The notes under the pieces are model-generated. The model did not search any database. It was not told where the DNA came from and saw nothing but the letters and a program-made list of their open reading frames with translations. A program made the position numbers and the translations under genes. This document shows positions 1 through 13,200 of a DNA stretch of 64,000 nucleotides, piece after piece. The DNA is from Haplodiscus bocki (taxonomy: Eukaryota), in assembly GCA_965655095.1 (NCBI GenBank), contig OZ296657.1, forward strand, positions 32,550,001 through 32,614,000, written 5' to 3'. Numbering within the stretch: the stretch's first letter is position 1; each line of letters opens with the position of its first letter.

Positions 1-3000
1 ATCAAATAACACATTGAAGTGGACTACTTTCAATTCAGGACACTTAATGAGAGATGGATCTACGGTATTCTGTTAATTTAGTCACTGACTGTTTCTCGGC
101 GAATTTGTTCTTGAAAGATGGATAATCAGAAATTCAAGTTATTTTCAACAATTTAAGCGATAAAGAGTCTATTCGTTTCAGAAAATTCAATTTCATTTAC
201 AGTGGTTTAATTGTTTTCTGGAGGATAAGAGCATAATCGCTGAGGCACAATTTTGCAATTAAATTTGACAACTGACAGCTTTTTCGCTGACATCAATGTT
301 GCTTTTTTCCTTTGATAAGTTTAAAACAACAGTCACTTTCTCTATTTTTTCTTTTGGCTCTAGTTTTACAAGTTTAACTCCAAAACCCGGCTCATCGTTT
401 CCCTCAATTTTTTTGTATTGTAATGAATGAAGTTTTTTTCAATTTGCAATATGTGCGATTCATCATACATGATCCATGAAGCAAAAAATGCTTTCTAAAG
501 GCGAAAAAACAGGGAGTTTTTTGATTTTTTAACATTGGCTTTCAGTCTATGTCTTCAAATTGCTTTCAATTAACATCTCAGCATTCCATAGAACTTTAAA
601 AGTTTGAGCGCTGCAAAAAAAACGAGAAATTCTGGAAAACCTGTTTATCAATGTGAGAAAAATTAATCTTTTAGCTTGTTCCAGTTTTCTGTCTTGGAAC
701 TTGTATACATTCAAACACCGGCTTTAGGCGAACTGCATTCCATTTTAGAGAACTAGGTTGTGAATTGTTTGAGTCATCAAAACTTATCCAAGAGTTTCCA
801 GGTGCCTTTTAATTTAGAAAATGTCGACCTTTAACCCAGATTTGTCGTCTTCAAAGCGGTTTTTCTAATATCTGAGCACACCACACCATTGAACCAAAAT
901 TAACCTTAGCACAACAAAAAATTGACAATTTAGCTGTGGATTTGGTGTACTTGACGTTCCGCTAGCTTTTGGTGGAACTCAAAAGCAACGAATTTACTAC
1001 AGTGCGTTTTAAGAAGACTTCATTATAGCTTCGACCAAGTGGATCAGCTGGATTGTAAAGTTTATAAGTCACGAGAGCTGATGAAACAAATTTTGAATGT
1101 CCGTCAGTTATTAAAAAGGGAAAAACTTCGGAATATTTCGATGGGTTTATCATCTCCAAATCACCAGACTTTGACGCAAAAATATTTTAACTTGCAAATT
1201 TTTCTGAAGGCGCACAAAATAAGTAAAGTAGCTCTTTAATGTACTTTTTGTGAGGCTTCTTGATAGCTCTTGGAGGAAGTTTTTAGAAGTAACAAAAAAT
1301 ATAGCTTTTCCAGAGGTTTGCTACTGGTCTGACCTTTCAATAATAACGTTATGAATAAAAGCGCAGCTTTCAGCGAACTCGATTCAGAATCCAACAAGTT
1401 GAAAAAAACTGGTTTTCAGAATTCTCAGGCATCAGAGATAATTTAAGAGTTTTTCAGTGCCTTTCAATTTGTTCCAATTTGAAGAAACGACTGTATATTC
1501 GATATTTACCCAGGGTTTTCTTCAAAAATGTTCAAAAAATAGATTTTTAGCTATTGTTTGTTGCCTTTAATTTACAAATTTCAACAGTTGAGCAATTTAT
1601 CGACCTCATTCTGGACTGTACAACAAAAAAATTTGACAATTTCTGCAGTTTCTTTATGGTTCCGGTGGTTTTTATTGGATGTTTTAGAACATACTGCAAA
1701 GAAAAACAGCCTTTTTCAGAAGTTTGTTCTAGTTTTAGTGTGTTAAATTCGGTATAATATCTTACTGTTGTTTTCAACGAACTCAGTTTAAGTCTCAGCA
1801 AGTTGAAGGGACTAAGGTGTGAACATCTGAGACGCCACGCTTTTTGAGGTGAACTTGGTTTGAGAAGAACTAAAAGAGTATATTCAGTTCCGCATTTGGT
1901 CTATGTGATATTTCGCTATTTTTCAATTGAAAGTTTTGGTTAAAAACTATCACGTAACGGGCTTTTCTCAAAAGTTTTTTCTTCAACTTTACTGCCTTTA
2001 TAAACGTGTAATTTCTTACTTGAATTTTCAAGTCTCTTTTAGTCTGAACATTTCAAAAACAGATTCAAAAGTAATCATAGAAAAACCATGAGCTTCCACA
2101 TGCTTTTCTACTGTGTGGAAGTTTTCAAATTTTCAGATTTCGTCGCAAAATACTGCAGCACTGGTGAGCTTCTTCTTGTTGGTTTAACTGAAAGAGTAAG
2201 AAAAAACCTGGTCAGTTTATGCTAAACAATACTAAGATGTCTGAACAACGTTATTGCATACTTCGTGAGACACAATGGAGCTCATGATGTGGTTGGGAGA
2301 TTGAACCGCGTTATCAGCGCGAAAAAACTCGGAGAGTCCCTGTTGGTTTCTGTCACCCATTTGAAGAATGTTATTATGTATGACTGGCCACGCATTTTGA
2401 GCTTCTTCGAGAAATTCAAATAGTTCTAGGTTGACATGTTATGGCAGTTTGTTGAAAATCGTCCAAGATCATGAACTTTTCATGACAAAAAGTGCTCAAA
2501 TCTGGATATTTATGGATGAATAATGGATGTACGTTCAATCATGGACAATTATGCTTGAGGACATTCATTATTAAAAGGAAGTCGATCCATGACACATGTC
2601 AGAAAGTTCTCTTGATTCGACCAACATTCTTCGAAAAAAAAACATCATTCTTTATCCATGAACCAGCCAAATACTTCCGTGAAAATCCATACTTTGTAGT
2701 GACGCTGGTAAAATATTCTCAAAAGGAGTTTGTTCTGCTTCCAAAGCTCACTGTAGTTGAAGAAATATGGAAAAAATTAGACAACATGCATCGGCTCGAC
2801 AAATCTTTCGCAAAAAACAGCAACAGGGAAAATTCTGGGGAAAAAACTTTTGAAAAGATCACATGTTTTGGCATGATAATATGTTAATGGACTCCCTCAT
2901 CCTAACAATATGGTGTTACTTGTTTATGAGGCTAAGCACAACTAATCAGAGTAAACACAATAGCAGAAAAGTAATATTTACTGGAGATACAGAATTTACC

Positions 3001-4325
3001 AAGCAGCAGAGATTACATTTTACGCTTCGACAGTTCATGAAAAATTTAGTCAATGTTGCCATGCATTTACAAAAATTCAACGAACAGCTTTATGATAAAC
3101 CATGTTTTTACATACAGATAGAAAATAGTCCAAACTAAAAATTTCTGGAAGTTATATCTAAGCATCCGTGAATTGAGCAAAATATGACCCCAACCCAACT
3201 TTTGTTTACATGTAAAAATGAATTACGCTCATGGCATAAATTCTAGGATGCATCAAAGACTTTCTATGCTGCATGCAAAAATATGTAAACTACCAAAAAG
3301 AATTCTATTGTAGTTTTTGAAAATATATTTTTCCAAAGTCATGACCGAAACTTTCAAAACGTTTCGAATAGTGCATTGAAATGAAAATTCAAGCTAAATT
3401 TTTCTCAAAGCTTCCACACTGCAGTCATACATGTAGAGCATATAAAATTTCCCTTGCATTTGCCCTAAATTCTTTTGTGGAAAAAGCATGCAACATCAAA
3501 ATTTTTCCAAAAACTGAACTTGGGCATTGGCATCAAATAAGTTATCGTTTTTGTCAAACAATGAATCTGCGACACCAGCAGCATCCAGCAACTTGAAAAC
3601 AATTTAGATAAAATCATATTTTTCTGTATTTCGGAAGAAGTATTACAAATTAGATTGCGCACAAGTTTCATTCTGATATCCGTGAGTAGCCTGAGAGTTT
3701 TCAGCAAACCTTCTGCAAGATCACACTTCTGGAGATGTTTTATTCGTTCACTTTAATGTTTTCTAATTACATTCCATTAGATTCAAGCTAACGTTCACTT
3801 AGCTACCTTGAAAACAGCTAGGTGAAAAAGTTTTGTCATTTGATGAAGAAATTACCTTTTGCTATCTACTTTTTCTATTCTACAGACTTTTCCAAAAGAT
3901 CGAAATCTTTTTACCTTTTTCTCAAGATTCTCATCGACGAGCAATCTATAGGCTGGTTAGTATTGTATTACTTTCTTTTTGAATAAATCGTTGTTTTTTA
4001 TTGATACATGGAGAATCATCCATGATTCATCCATGACGTTTTACAAAACATGGATTAATAATGGATTGGTAGCTGGTATGGCGATCCATGGATAATGGAT
4101 GAATCATGGTTAGCGATCAACGAGGTGTCATCTTGGATTCAGAAAAAAATTACATTTTTGGAAGCACTTTTTGAAAAAATATATTTATTGTCAGAAAATT
4201 TCACGTTTCAAAATGAGCAATCAGTAACGATCCTTGAAATGATATTGTATAAATCACATTAAATGAAGACCTTCCACATCATCACATGACAAGTCGAAAA
4301 AATGCTCGAAATTTTTCCGATATAA

Positions 4326-4650
4326 GGGCGTTAACGGCGGTCAAAATTAGCCACAGAAGCCGTTTTTAACTAGAAAAACGGCGACGATAGCGGCGTTCAA
4401 TCAAAAAAAATAGCGGCGTTATCGGCGTTAAACCGTCAAAATAGCGGCCTTAACGGCGTTCAACGGGAGAAATAGCTGTGTCAACGGCGTTTAACTAAAA
4501 GAAAAGCGGCGTTAACGGCGTCTAAAAGAAAAAAGAGTGGAGTCAACGGCGTTTTACCAGGAAATTGGCGGCGGTAACGGCGTTCTAGCGGAAAAACAGC
4601 GGAGGTAATTTCCGCTGCTATACTATAAAAAGACGTTTTTTCCCGCCGTT
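4326..4650. repeat. Degenerate ~30-bp GC-rich minisatellite (core AGCGGCGTTAACGGCGTT)
   Basis: About 9-10 recurrences of (A)GCGGCGTTAACGGCGTT-like cores separated by A-rich spacers, e.g. near 4326, 4412, 4444, 4506, 4568. Confidence 0.75.
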
Positions 4651-5253
4651 ATACCAGTAATATACCGTCGAATTTTGAATGCTGGTATACCGGAAAAATA
4701 ACGGTGACCATTTTTTCCGTCATTATATTAGCAATATCTGCCAGCTTCTCGTTTTCCCAGTTGAAATCAACCACACCGATTAACAGCGTCTTGAAAGGAA
4801 AAACTATGGCCCAGACAACCACAATATGAAATTGTAACGTGAACGAAAATACTGTAACAATTAAAACTGTCGGAACTGCAGCAAGACTCGAACTAAGTAG
4901 CCGAGTCTTTACTTGTTCAGCTTTTGTGTAGTCTTGCTTGCACATGACAAGTTCAATGATACTAGCAGCGCCTCCGCGTGCAGAATCCGATTCAAAAATC
5001 CATCAGTTTGTTTTTACACATTTTCGACACACTTTCAGGGAAATTTTCTGAATTTTTTCAAGAATCAAAGCAGCTTTCGGGTAAATTAGTGGCCTTCTTC
5101 AGTTTTGCGGACCATATCTTAAACGTTCATTTTCTCTGCATCACTCAAAAACAGTGTTTTAATTCGAAAGTGTTGCTTTTCGTTTTGACGTATTTTTTAC
5201 CTAATTGGAATGCAGAAAATTTCCTCGAGTTTCAAGTGGTCACTTCATTTCAG

Positions 5254-5921
5254 TTACTTACACGAAAGTGTTTTTGGTGGCAAGAAGCAGTCTAAGCCCA
5301 GAGAGGTTACGTAATCAATGTGTGCTGATGAGAAATGTCGAAACAAATGCATCGGCTGCAAACCGAACTCTTACGCCACCCGGAGAGCACAAGCATTTGA
5401 ATGAAACATGCACGAAATCAGCCTCGCAACAGTTTCTACTAGAAACCAGTTTCGGTGGGCAAGGAGCGAGTTCTGATGCAATTTCCTCTGAAACCTCGGG
5501 AACCCCCAAAACTAACAATCATAGAGAACACATACGAACATGCATGGCTGACCCGGAAAATGCGTCGCATGCAAGTGATAAAACAAATGAACATATCATG
5601 GAAGATCTTTCTAGAGTTCAAATCGAACGAAGAATCTATCTTGTTAGACAACAAAGAAAAATAGCCCTGACTCTGTTTTTGGTGACATCAGTTTTTGTAC
5701 TGTGTCATCTGCCAACAGCTATTCTGGACTTGAAAGCATGGGGTGTACCTTTCAACTTCAAGTTGGAATCTAAATGGAAAGAGCTGATTTTTGGAAGCTT
5801 CTGGTTCAGTGTCCCAGCCAACCCAGTCATCTATGCATTCATGTCTACAAAGTTTCGCGAAGAGTCGAGATTTCTATGGGCGCGGTTGAGACTAAACTTC
5901 AGCAGGTCAATTAATCTTTGA
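5254..5921 (+). CDS. Class A (rhodopsin-like) GPCR, terminal coding exon (TM5 end, long ICL3, TM6, TM7, helix 8); upstream exons not identified in window
   Basis: ORF 5205-5921 encodes YTKVFLVAR (TM5 end), RQQRKIALTLFLVTSVFVLCHLP (TM6) and ANPVIYAFMSTKFRE (NPxxY plus helix 8). Candidate acceptor catttcag ends at 5253; the 5' boundary is uncertain. Confidence 0.85.
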
Positions 5922-8900
5922 AGAACGTAACCCAAAGGCTTGAAAAAGTAAAACAAATAATATACGTGGCTAGTTCATTTGAGTTTAAAAGCTGGAAAAT
6001 GAGTATTAGTGGACGCTGTTTCTGATTTCTAATTGCTTAAATAGATTTCAAGTAGCTATTTAAGATTAATTAAAAATTCTGTGTTGAAAATGTTTTCAGA
6101 CATAACCACTCTCCGTTAGTAATCTAATTTCGTAGCTGTTATTTTGCTGTTTTCATAAACCGCAACTCAAAAAAAATCAATAGTTTCTTCAAGAGGTCTG
6201 TTTTCAGTCAGCTTTATAAAACTTAGCTTGATGTCTTTGTCGCCATAAATGTAAAATACATCTCTATTTACGGTTGGCTGCATGTTGTCGGCTGTGAAAA
6301 CCCTCATGGATAGAAGGCCCTAGCAAATAAAAACAAGTCCCGTGACTCGGCACACTACAATTTCTAAGCCTTACACGAAGAATTCTTCATCCTTCGATGC
6401 ACCAATACTTGGAATCTTGTTCGTATCTGGCCAGTGGTTTTTATGATTTCACGATGTCTTGGCAAGATTTTTACCCACTTTCCACGACTTTTCAAGATCA
6501 AGGCAGGAAAAAGATAAAAACTTCGACTCTGTATCTAATGCAAAAAGAAATATGATTCTTATATTGAGGTTTTGATGCAATTGATTTTTAATATTTTGAC
6601 AAATTTTGTCTAAGTTGAAGAAAAATCTCTTTAAGCTCCGTGCTAATATATTGAATAAAAACCGAAACAAGAAATTCGGAGTGTGAGGAATTGTGGTTTT
6701 CATCCTTTCGATGAAAACGGATGAATTGAAAAAGCAATATAGCATTCAATATTAAGGTTTGCATCACATGGATGAAAACCAATGATTTTCGAATACTAGT
6801 TACGGCACTGTAGGTAGTATACACAAACCAGATATAATCCGAGGAATTTTGTATTGACTGTTAATCTATTCTGTCACGGTTTACACACTCGTGCAAATTC
6901 TATTTCGAATGGAAGTTAAGCTTTATGTTGCACAGAATAGACTTAAGGGAAGAAAACACCGACCAGATGGTTCCCGATGAAAATATATTTCAGCTTACTT
7001 ATGGTTCTTTCCGTCTGGCCGCTACAGAAGGCATTTTGAGTGGTGTTTAGTATTCAGGTTGGAGCTTGCTGGATTTTTTTAAGTAGGATATAGTCTATTT
7101 GAGCTTTCATCGGATTATGTCATTTTTACGAATATGTTCCAGCTTTTTAGTATTCGATGGATGAAGATACGTTTATAAGCTCAGCATACTTTCCTAGATG
7201 AATCATTTGGCTGTTTACATGATACACATTCTTTTTTATACCAGGGAAGAAGGGAAATAATAGTACATAGTTTCATTTTTACTTTTATGCGATTTGTGGC
7301 TACAGAACTTGCATTAGGATCTTAATAGTGGTAATGGCTTCATGCTTCATACATATGTATATTACCGTACTTTTAGGGATATGTAAAAACTTCATATTTC
7401 CATCATGCGGGCATGAATTGCATCGAAGAGCAAATAAATTCCAAATATAAAATCAATTAGGAGCTTTTGGTATTAAATCTCGACTCGTAGAATTTACATT
7501 GGGGTGTTTAATATTTGGTGCTTCAGGTATAGAAAAACATGCTTACGCGTTAGTTTCAAACAATTCACACTCACTAATTACATTGAATGGTAAAAAGGCG
7601 CAATAGAACTACGATATTTTGCTACAACAGCTGCCTGAATTTTTGAAAAATTGGAAAAACTTGAGGCAGTGTTCTGAAATTAGGACTAGAACTTTTTAAT
7701 CAAAAGTAAAAGAACATAGCAAAATCCAGAAGGTTGCATATTGCAAAAACTTTCCGAGGCGCAATGATTGAAAAGTTTCATGACACCCATGCATATGTCA
7801 AACACTTTGTGATAACCACGTTTATCTCTTGATTATTCGCCACTCTATTTATACTTCTTTTATCAGCCACTGTACTATGACCGAAATGCCGCCTAAAGAA
7901 TTTCTAGAATGCCACGGTAAATTGAGAGAAAGGAATAACAGACTACTGAGTTGAAGATTTGGCCCCATACTATGATATAGTCGTAAAATAACTAGGTAAC
8001 CATCAGAACCAAGGACAATACCATGGGCCACAAAAGATAGCTTCGAAGCTAATGGTGTTTTTTGATTCTTTCCAAGTAATTCAATCACAAGAAAAAATCT
8101 TTTTCGCCACCCAAAGTTACTAGAAAGCGTTTCAAAGTAAACGAAAACAAAGGAAACCGAACGCTTAACCAGCAAATACGTTTCTGAAGCAAAAAAACCT
8201 AAATTTCACTCTTTGAAACGTTTTTGTGAATCTTTTACGTTTGAAATATATTCTGCGGAAAGTTGGCTACTTTCTTTCATTGAGAAGTATTATTCTGAAA
8301 TTCTGAATTTTCCTATTCTTTTCCCACAAAAAACCAAAAAAAATGGGGGCAGTTTTAGAGAGAGACTACTGTAAAACTGCAATATTGGAAAATTGAGTGT
8401 GAAGTTGTGCCTAATAAGCATTTGACAGTTTTCATGAAAAAAATTTTCAGTGAGTTTCCCTCCATATATGACCAAGACGCCCAGATATCTCCGGAACAAT
8501 TTCCGCAAGGTGTAAATTTTTGAAAATTACTTTTCCTCCCGAGGCTCGAGCTCACATCCTTTGTAGACCCATCGAGCCGTACAAGCACTACTGCATTAAC
8601 CTCCGAACCATCTAACCCCCTCAAAGCTTCGATTTTAAGATTCAAGTTCTCAATTTTTACTGATTGATTTTTTACCAAGCGCACTTTTTTGACTCTTCCA
8701 ATCAGAATCGATAATTTGATGACTTTATCTTATTCATATTAATATTTTCCCGCGTTTTTGTCTCGATCAATCAGATTCGACCATTCGAAGACGCCTCACA
8801 ATTTTTAGTTTTAGTAAATAAACATTTCGTCATTGTTCAATCGGTAAATTTTATTACTAAAAAACTGAAAATTGACTCAATGATTTTTCCATTAAAAATG

Positions 8901-9269
8901 AGCAGAAATAAGTAAGCAGGAACGGTTAGGTGGACAATTAACGGTACCAGTTGTTGTATTTTGGTATCGTAAACAAACCGTGGGGATTACTAACAAATCA
9001 TCCAACGCAAACGAGCAAAAGTAAGCGTCGATGCCTTTTAGGTAGGGCTCCTGTTTTAAAATCAAACTTCATACAAGAGGCTCAGTGGAGCTGCGATATT
9101 CTCCACTGACAGGGGGAGGTTGAGTGATGGAAAGTATACTTAAAAAATTTTCCGATATTAAAAAAATGTCATCTCCGTTATCGCTTATTGTATTTCGTAA
9201 TTCTTGGCATTATCAAACTACCAAGATTCCCAAGCCAAATACAAATATGTTCTGGAATAACTTTTGAAA

Positions 9270-10200
9270 ACATACAACTATCCAGCGAGACCTTGATTCG
9301 GAAAATTGATCCGACAGGTTTAGATCAAAAAAGGTTTGAATTTGGAGAAAAAGAAATTATAATGCCATTTTTTGGATTTCTCGGCCTATGAAAGTTCCAC
9401 TGCAAAAAAATTCCTTCGCAAAAAGCGTACTGTCTAACCTTCTGCATACAGAACTTTGTCGATTGAGACCTTGATGAATGAAATCCAGCCAAGTGTTTTG
9501 AAAAATTTTGAGATGGAATTTCATGAAAAATCAAAACCATTTGAGTTTTTCACAATATCGGTCCATCAGCTTTACAATGGAAGCAACCAAACTCAGAATG
9601 CTTTGAGTGAAGCATGCGTTGACAGAAACTTGTCGATTAACACCTTGGTGGGAAAATTGCACCCGGTAATTTTGAATAAACGTATGTTTGGAGTTCGGGA
9701 AATATCAATGCCGTTCGAATTTTTTTTAAAATTTCAGTCAAGGTTTCCAATACGAAGAAGTTAACACCATACTAGTTTACCTTCTACATGTAAGAAATTT
9801 TCAACTGAAATGGTGCTGAAAGAAAATCAGCCAGTATCTCGCAGAAAATTTTTTTTTCGAAATATCAATCCATTCTGCACGTTTCGGTGATTTTTTTTGA
9901 TCAATCAGGTTTCGGATGCAAAGGAAACAGACCATTATATTTTTTTTCTGAACGAACAACTACAAGTAGAAAACTGCCAGTTGAGTCTTTGATATATGAT
10001 TTCCAGCCTGTTCTTATGGATAAAACTGACTTTGTATAACTAAAATAAAAAAGCTTAGGTGCAAGTTTCGACAGTTTTGCCAAATGAACCTCTTAAAGAC
10101 TTAATCGAAAATCCTTCTACGATTTCGAAATTGCTGCTTCAGATTTTGATGGAAAAATTCCATCCATTAGTTTTGCAGAAAAGTCATTTTGAATATCGTC
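9270..10200. repeat. Old diverged ~172-bp tandem repeat, block 1 (~6 units)
   Basis: Motif resembling TTGTCGATTGAGACCTTGATnnnGAAATCCAGCC recurs at ~9287, 9465, 9639, 9807, 9983 and 10140. Confidence 0.6.
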
Positions 10201-13200
10201 AAGGAAAACTACAAGATGCTTTTTCTTCTAATGCGTGTATAGTTAAATCAGAACAACGTGTTGACACTGGAAGAGGTTTTACACGAAAAACAGTACCATT
10301 TTTCATATTGTTATTAGTATTTTTGTTTGGGGTTGTTATTTTCGTGCAGCTGAATTTTACGTCAGCTAAGATTTTCCAATTTCTCAAGAGTGCCACAAAA
10401 GGCAAGTTTTCATACTTCATCTAAAAAGTAGAAAAATTTCGAAAGAAATAAGCCAGTAACTTTGCTCCCGCTGGTGTGCTAGGGTACAAAACCCTAAGAT
10501 TACACAAAATAGCTATAAATTTTTTCAACATGCACAAAAAAGCCTTTATAAACTTCTGCAGAAGTCTTGAGCACAAATTTCAATAATCGGATTGATTTTC
10601 TAATCGCGAATTCGGAGAACCGCAACTTATGTTCCGCGGCTTAGTGGAAAACGTTTATTTTGTTTTTCATCGAGAAGTATTTCAGTTGGAAGATCAAGGA
10701 ACTATTCACAAGTGTTATCTGTGCCAACATATTCATGATGACCAGTATTTTGATTGTATTATTCCAATACTTTGTCATTTACCAAAACTTTGATTTTCTG
10801 CCACGGTGAAGAAGTTTTTTATTTTGTACTTTTACATTGAAACTTCTAAGCTTTCAATGAAAAATATTGAATAATTTCCGTCATCTTCCATTAAATCCTT
10901 TTTCCACATGTCCAATTGTCCAATTGTGTCCATCAAAGATTTATTAAAGTATTCAGTGCCGAGGATTCGTACGATGATTGTTAAACGGGTTCTTTGCTTA
11001 CTTCTGCTTCGAAAAAAAATGATCTTTGCCGAAAAAAAAATCAGAAACGTTCTTTTCTTGCGTTGTTGGTCAAAAGAGTTTTTCATCAAACCTGTTGGTG
11101 GAACTGTGGACGTCCAAATTTGTTTTAGCTACTTGTTGCGCACATCTTCCCTTCAATCTTTTGAAGAATTGGTCTCAGAGTTTGAGATAATAATTTAGGT
11201 TTTGTATTTGGAAAATCCAGGTTGCTTTATATTCTCTAGTTGGCTCAAAATGATCTTTTGTTGTTCGGCTACTGGTCCGACTGAATTCATCCTGTGATAG
11301 TTCGAGTACTCATTGCCCGAAGCGTTTTCAAGGAATCAGAGATTTCTAATTTCGTTCCTATATTCCGAATATTTTTTCTCGAAATTTTTTTTTCTGAGAC
11401 ATTTTCAATCATATCGTTCTTCAAGTGTTTTACCCACTTTTAGCCCAGCGCCAATTTGAACCTAAATCAAAAACAAGATATGTGGAGCCTCATTGACAGA
11501 ATATCCATTGCTAATTTTGTTTTTGGCAGTTCCAGGCCATCAAATTCCCATTCGAGTAAAAGACCGCAAGATTTATTAAAGATTACTTTCCCACAGATTG
11601 TTGTCAATCAAGAACTGGTTCGAAGGAACCCATCGAATAGTTTCGCTGAACATATGTTTACTCAATGGAAAAATTAACCCTAACGGCACTTTTGACAATT
11701 TATGCTCGTCATTTCGATCTCAGTAACCAAAACAAAGTTGCTGGAAAACAATTAGTAATTTGAAAGCTTCTAATTGATACCTTCTTGCACAAATATTTTA
11801 TCTTTAGTTTGCGAAGAAAAAAATTTTGCTATCAGGAGAGGTGAATTTTTCCCTTCTTTGCCATTTTCGGCTTTCCAAGGTTTTCATTCAAAAGAAAAAT
11901 CGAAGGTTATTTCATAACAGCACCATCTTCAAGAGAGACGAGAAAGTTTTTTGAGAGCTTGCTTTAAGAAATAGATACGAAAGATTTGACGGGAGATGAT
12001 TAGGAATATCGCAAAAAGCCACAACTGTTCTCATTTTTTCACACTTTTGAGCAATCAGATTTTTAATGCCAGGAGCGGAACCGAAGTGCCTAGTTGCAAA
12101 GCTGAGTTTACAGCTACAAAGTTGGCGATTGAGAGCTTTCTGCGAAAAATTAACCATAATTTTTTGCAACAAATGATTCTGAATGTCAATAATCTTTATT
12201 AAAAGACGAACGGCACTTCCATTTCATTCGCCGTTTTAAATTTTGACCGCCAGGAGTAATTACTCAAACAACCAAATTTCGATTATTGAGCACACACAGA
12301 ACGCCGTCAATTGATAACATTTTGAAGGAAAGATTTTCGGTTTTTCCACAGACAAAAAACGAGTTTACTTATCGAGAACTATTTATACTAATTGCGTTTT
12401 TTTCCAGATGTCTGGCTAGTCAAATTGCTGATGCCAAAATGAAAACAAAAAATTGTTATCAGGATACCTTCTGCATAAAAAGAAATAGGTGATGACAATT
12501 TTACGGAAAAATTCAGCAAGATAGTGTTGGAGTGAATGAGTTTTGTTTTTGGCATCTTTCTGTAGTACGGGCAGTCTTTTTGCCACTGTCGAGTTTTCAT
12601 AGTTTCATGGGCCTGTTTTGAGTTTCTATCACATTAAATTGTTGATTGGCCACCACGTGAGGATGGACGATGATCTGATTACTTAAACGATGTAAATGGA
12701 AGAATTGTGGATTCCATGTCAAACATTGCGCAACCCGTTTCCACAGATCATTTCCTGGCGTTTTTTAGTTTCTCAAGGCACCCAAACTTTAACAATTACG
12801 ACAAACAGCACTCTTTTTCTTGGTTTATGTGTTAATCTGCCTTTTTTAGTGTATTGATAGCTTTTAGCCCTTGATTTTTGGATTTTGATCATTATATTGT
12901 TATTGTTAGTCCACGCCTGAGGAGAGGATCTTCCCTTTTGATTTCAGGCATCTTAACTTTGGCACTCAAAACATTCCCCCGAACAGCCCCAAACAAAGAG
13001 TACAACAGCCAAAATACAGTCATAAAAATAAATTCCGCCAAGAGCTCAAATTTCTTTGGAATTCCGGCCCTATTGTTCCCAATGCTTTCGTTGATCTTCT
13101 GGACAGATCTCTTGCAGCAACTTGTTACGGAACATTCAATTGCAATCACTTTTCACCCTTCCGATAGGATGTTGAAACACTTTGTGTCAAAATTACAGCT

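Noticed and set aside
1-4300. Upstream GPCR exons and the short ORFs listed here
   Set aside because: No TM1-TM5 or DRY-like segments with splice sites found; the ORFs look like chance frames in AT-rich degenerate repeats.
6300-7400. Possible decayed membrane-protein coding sequence
   Set aside because: Hydrophobic translations are expected from T-rich DNA; frequent stops and no family motif.
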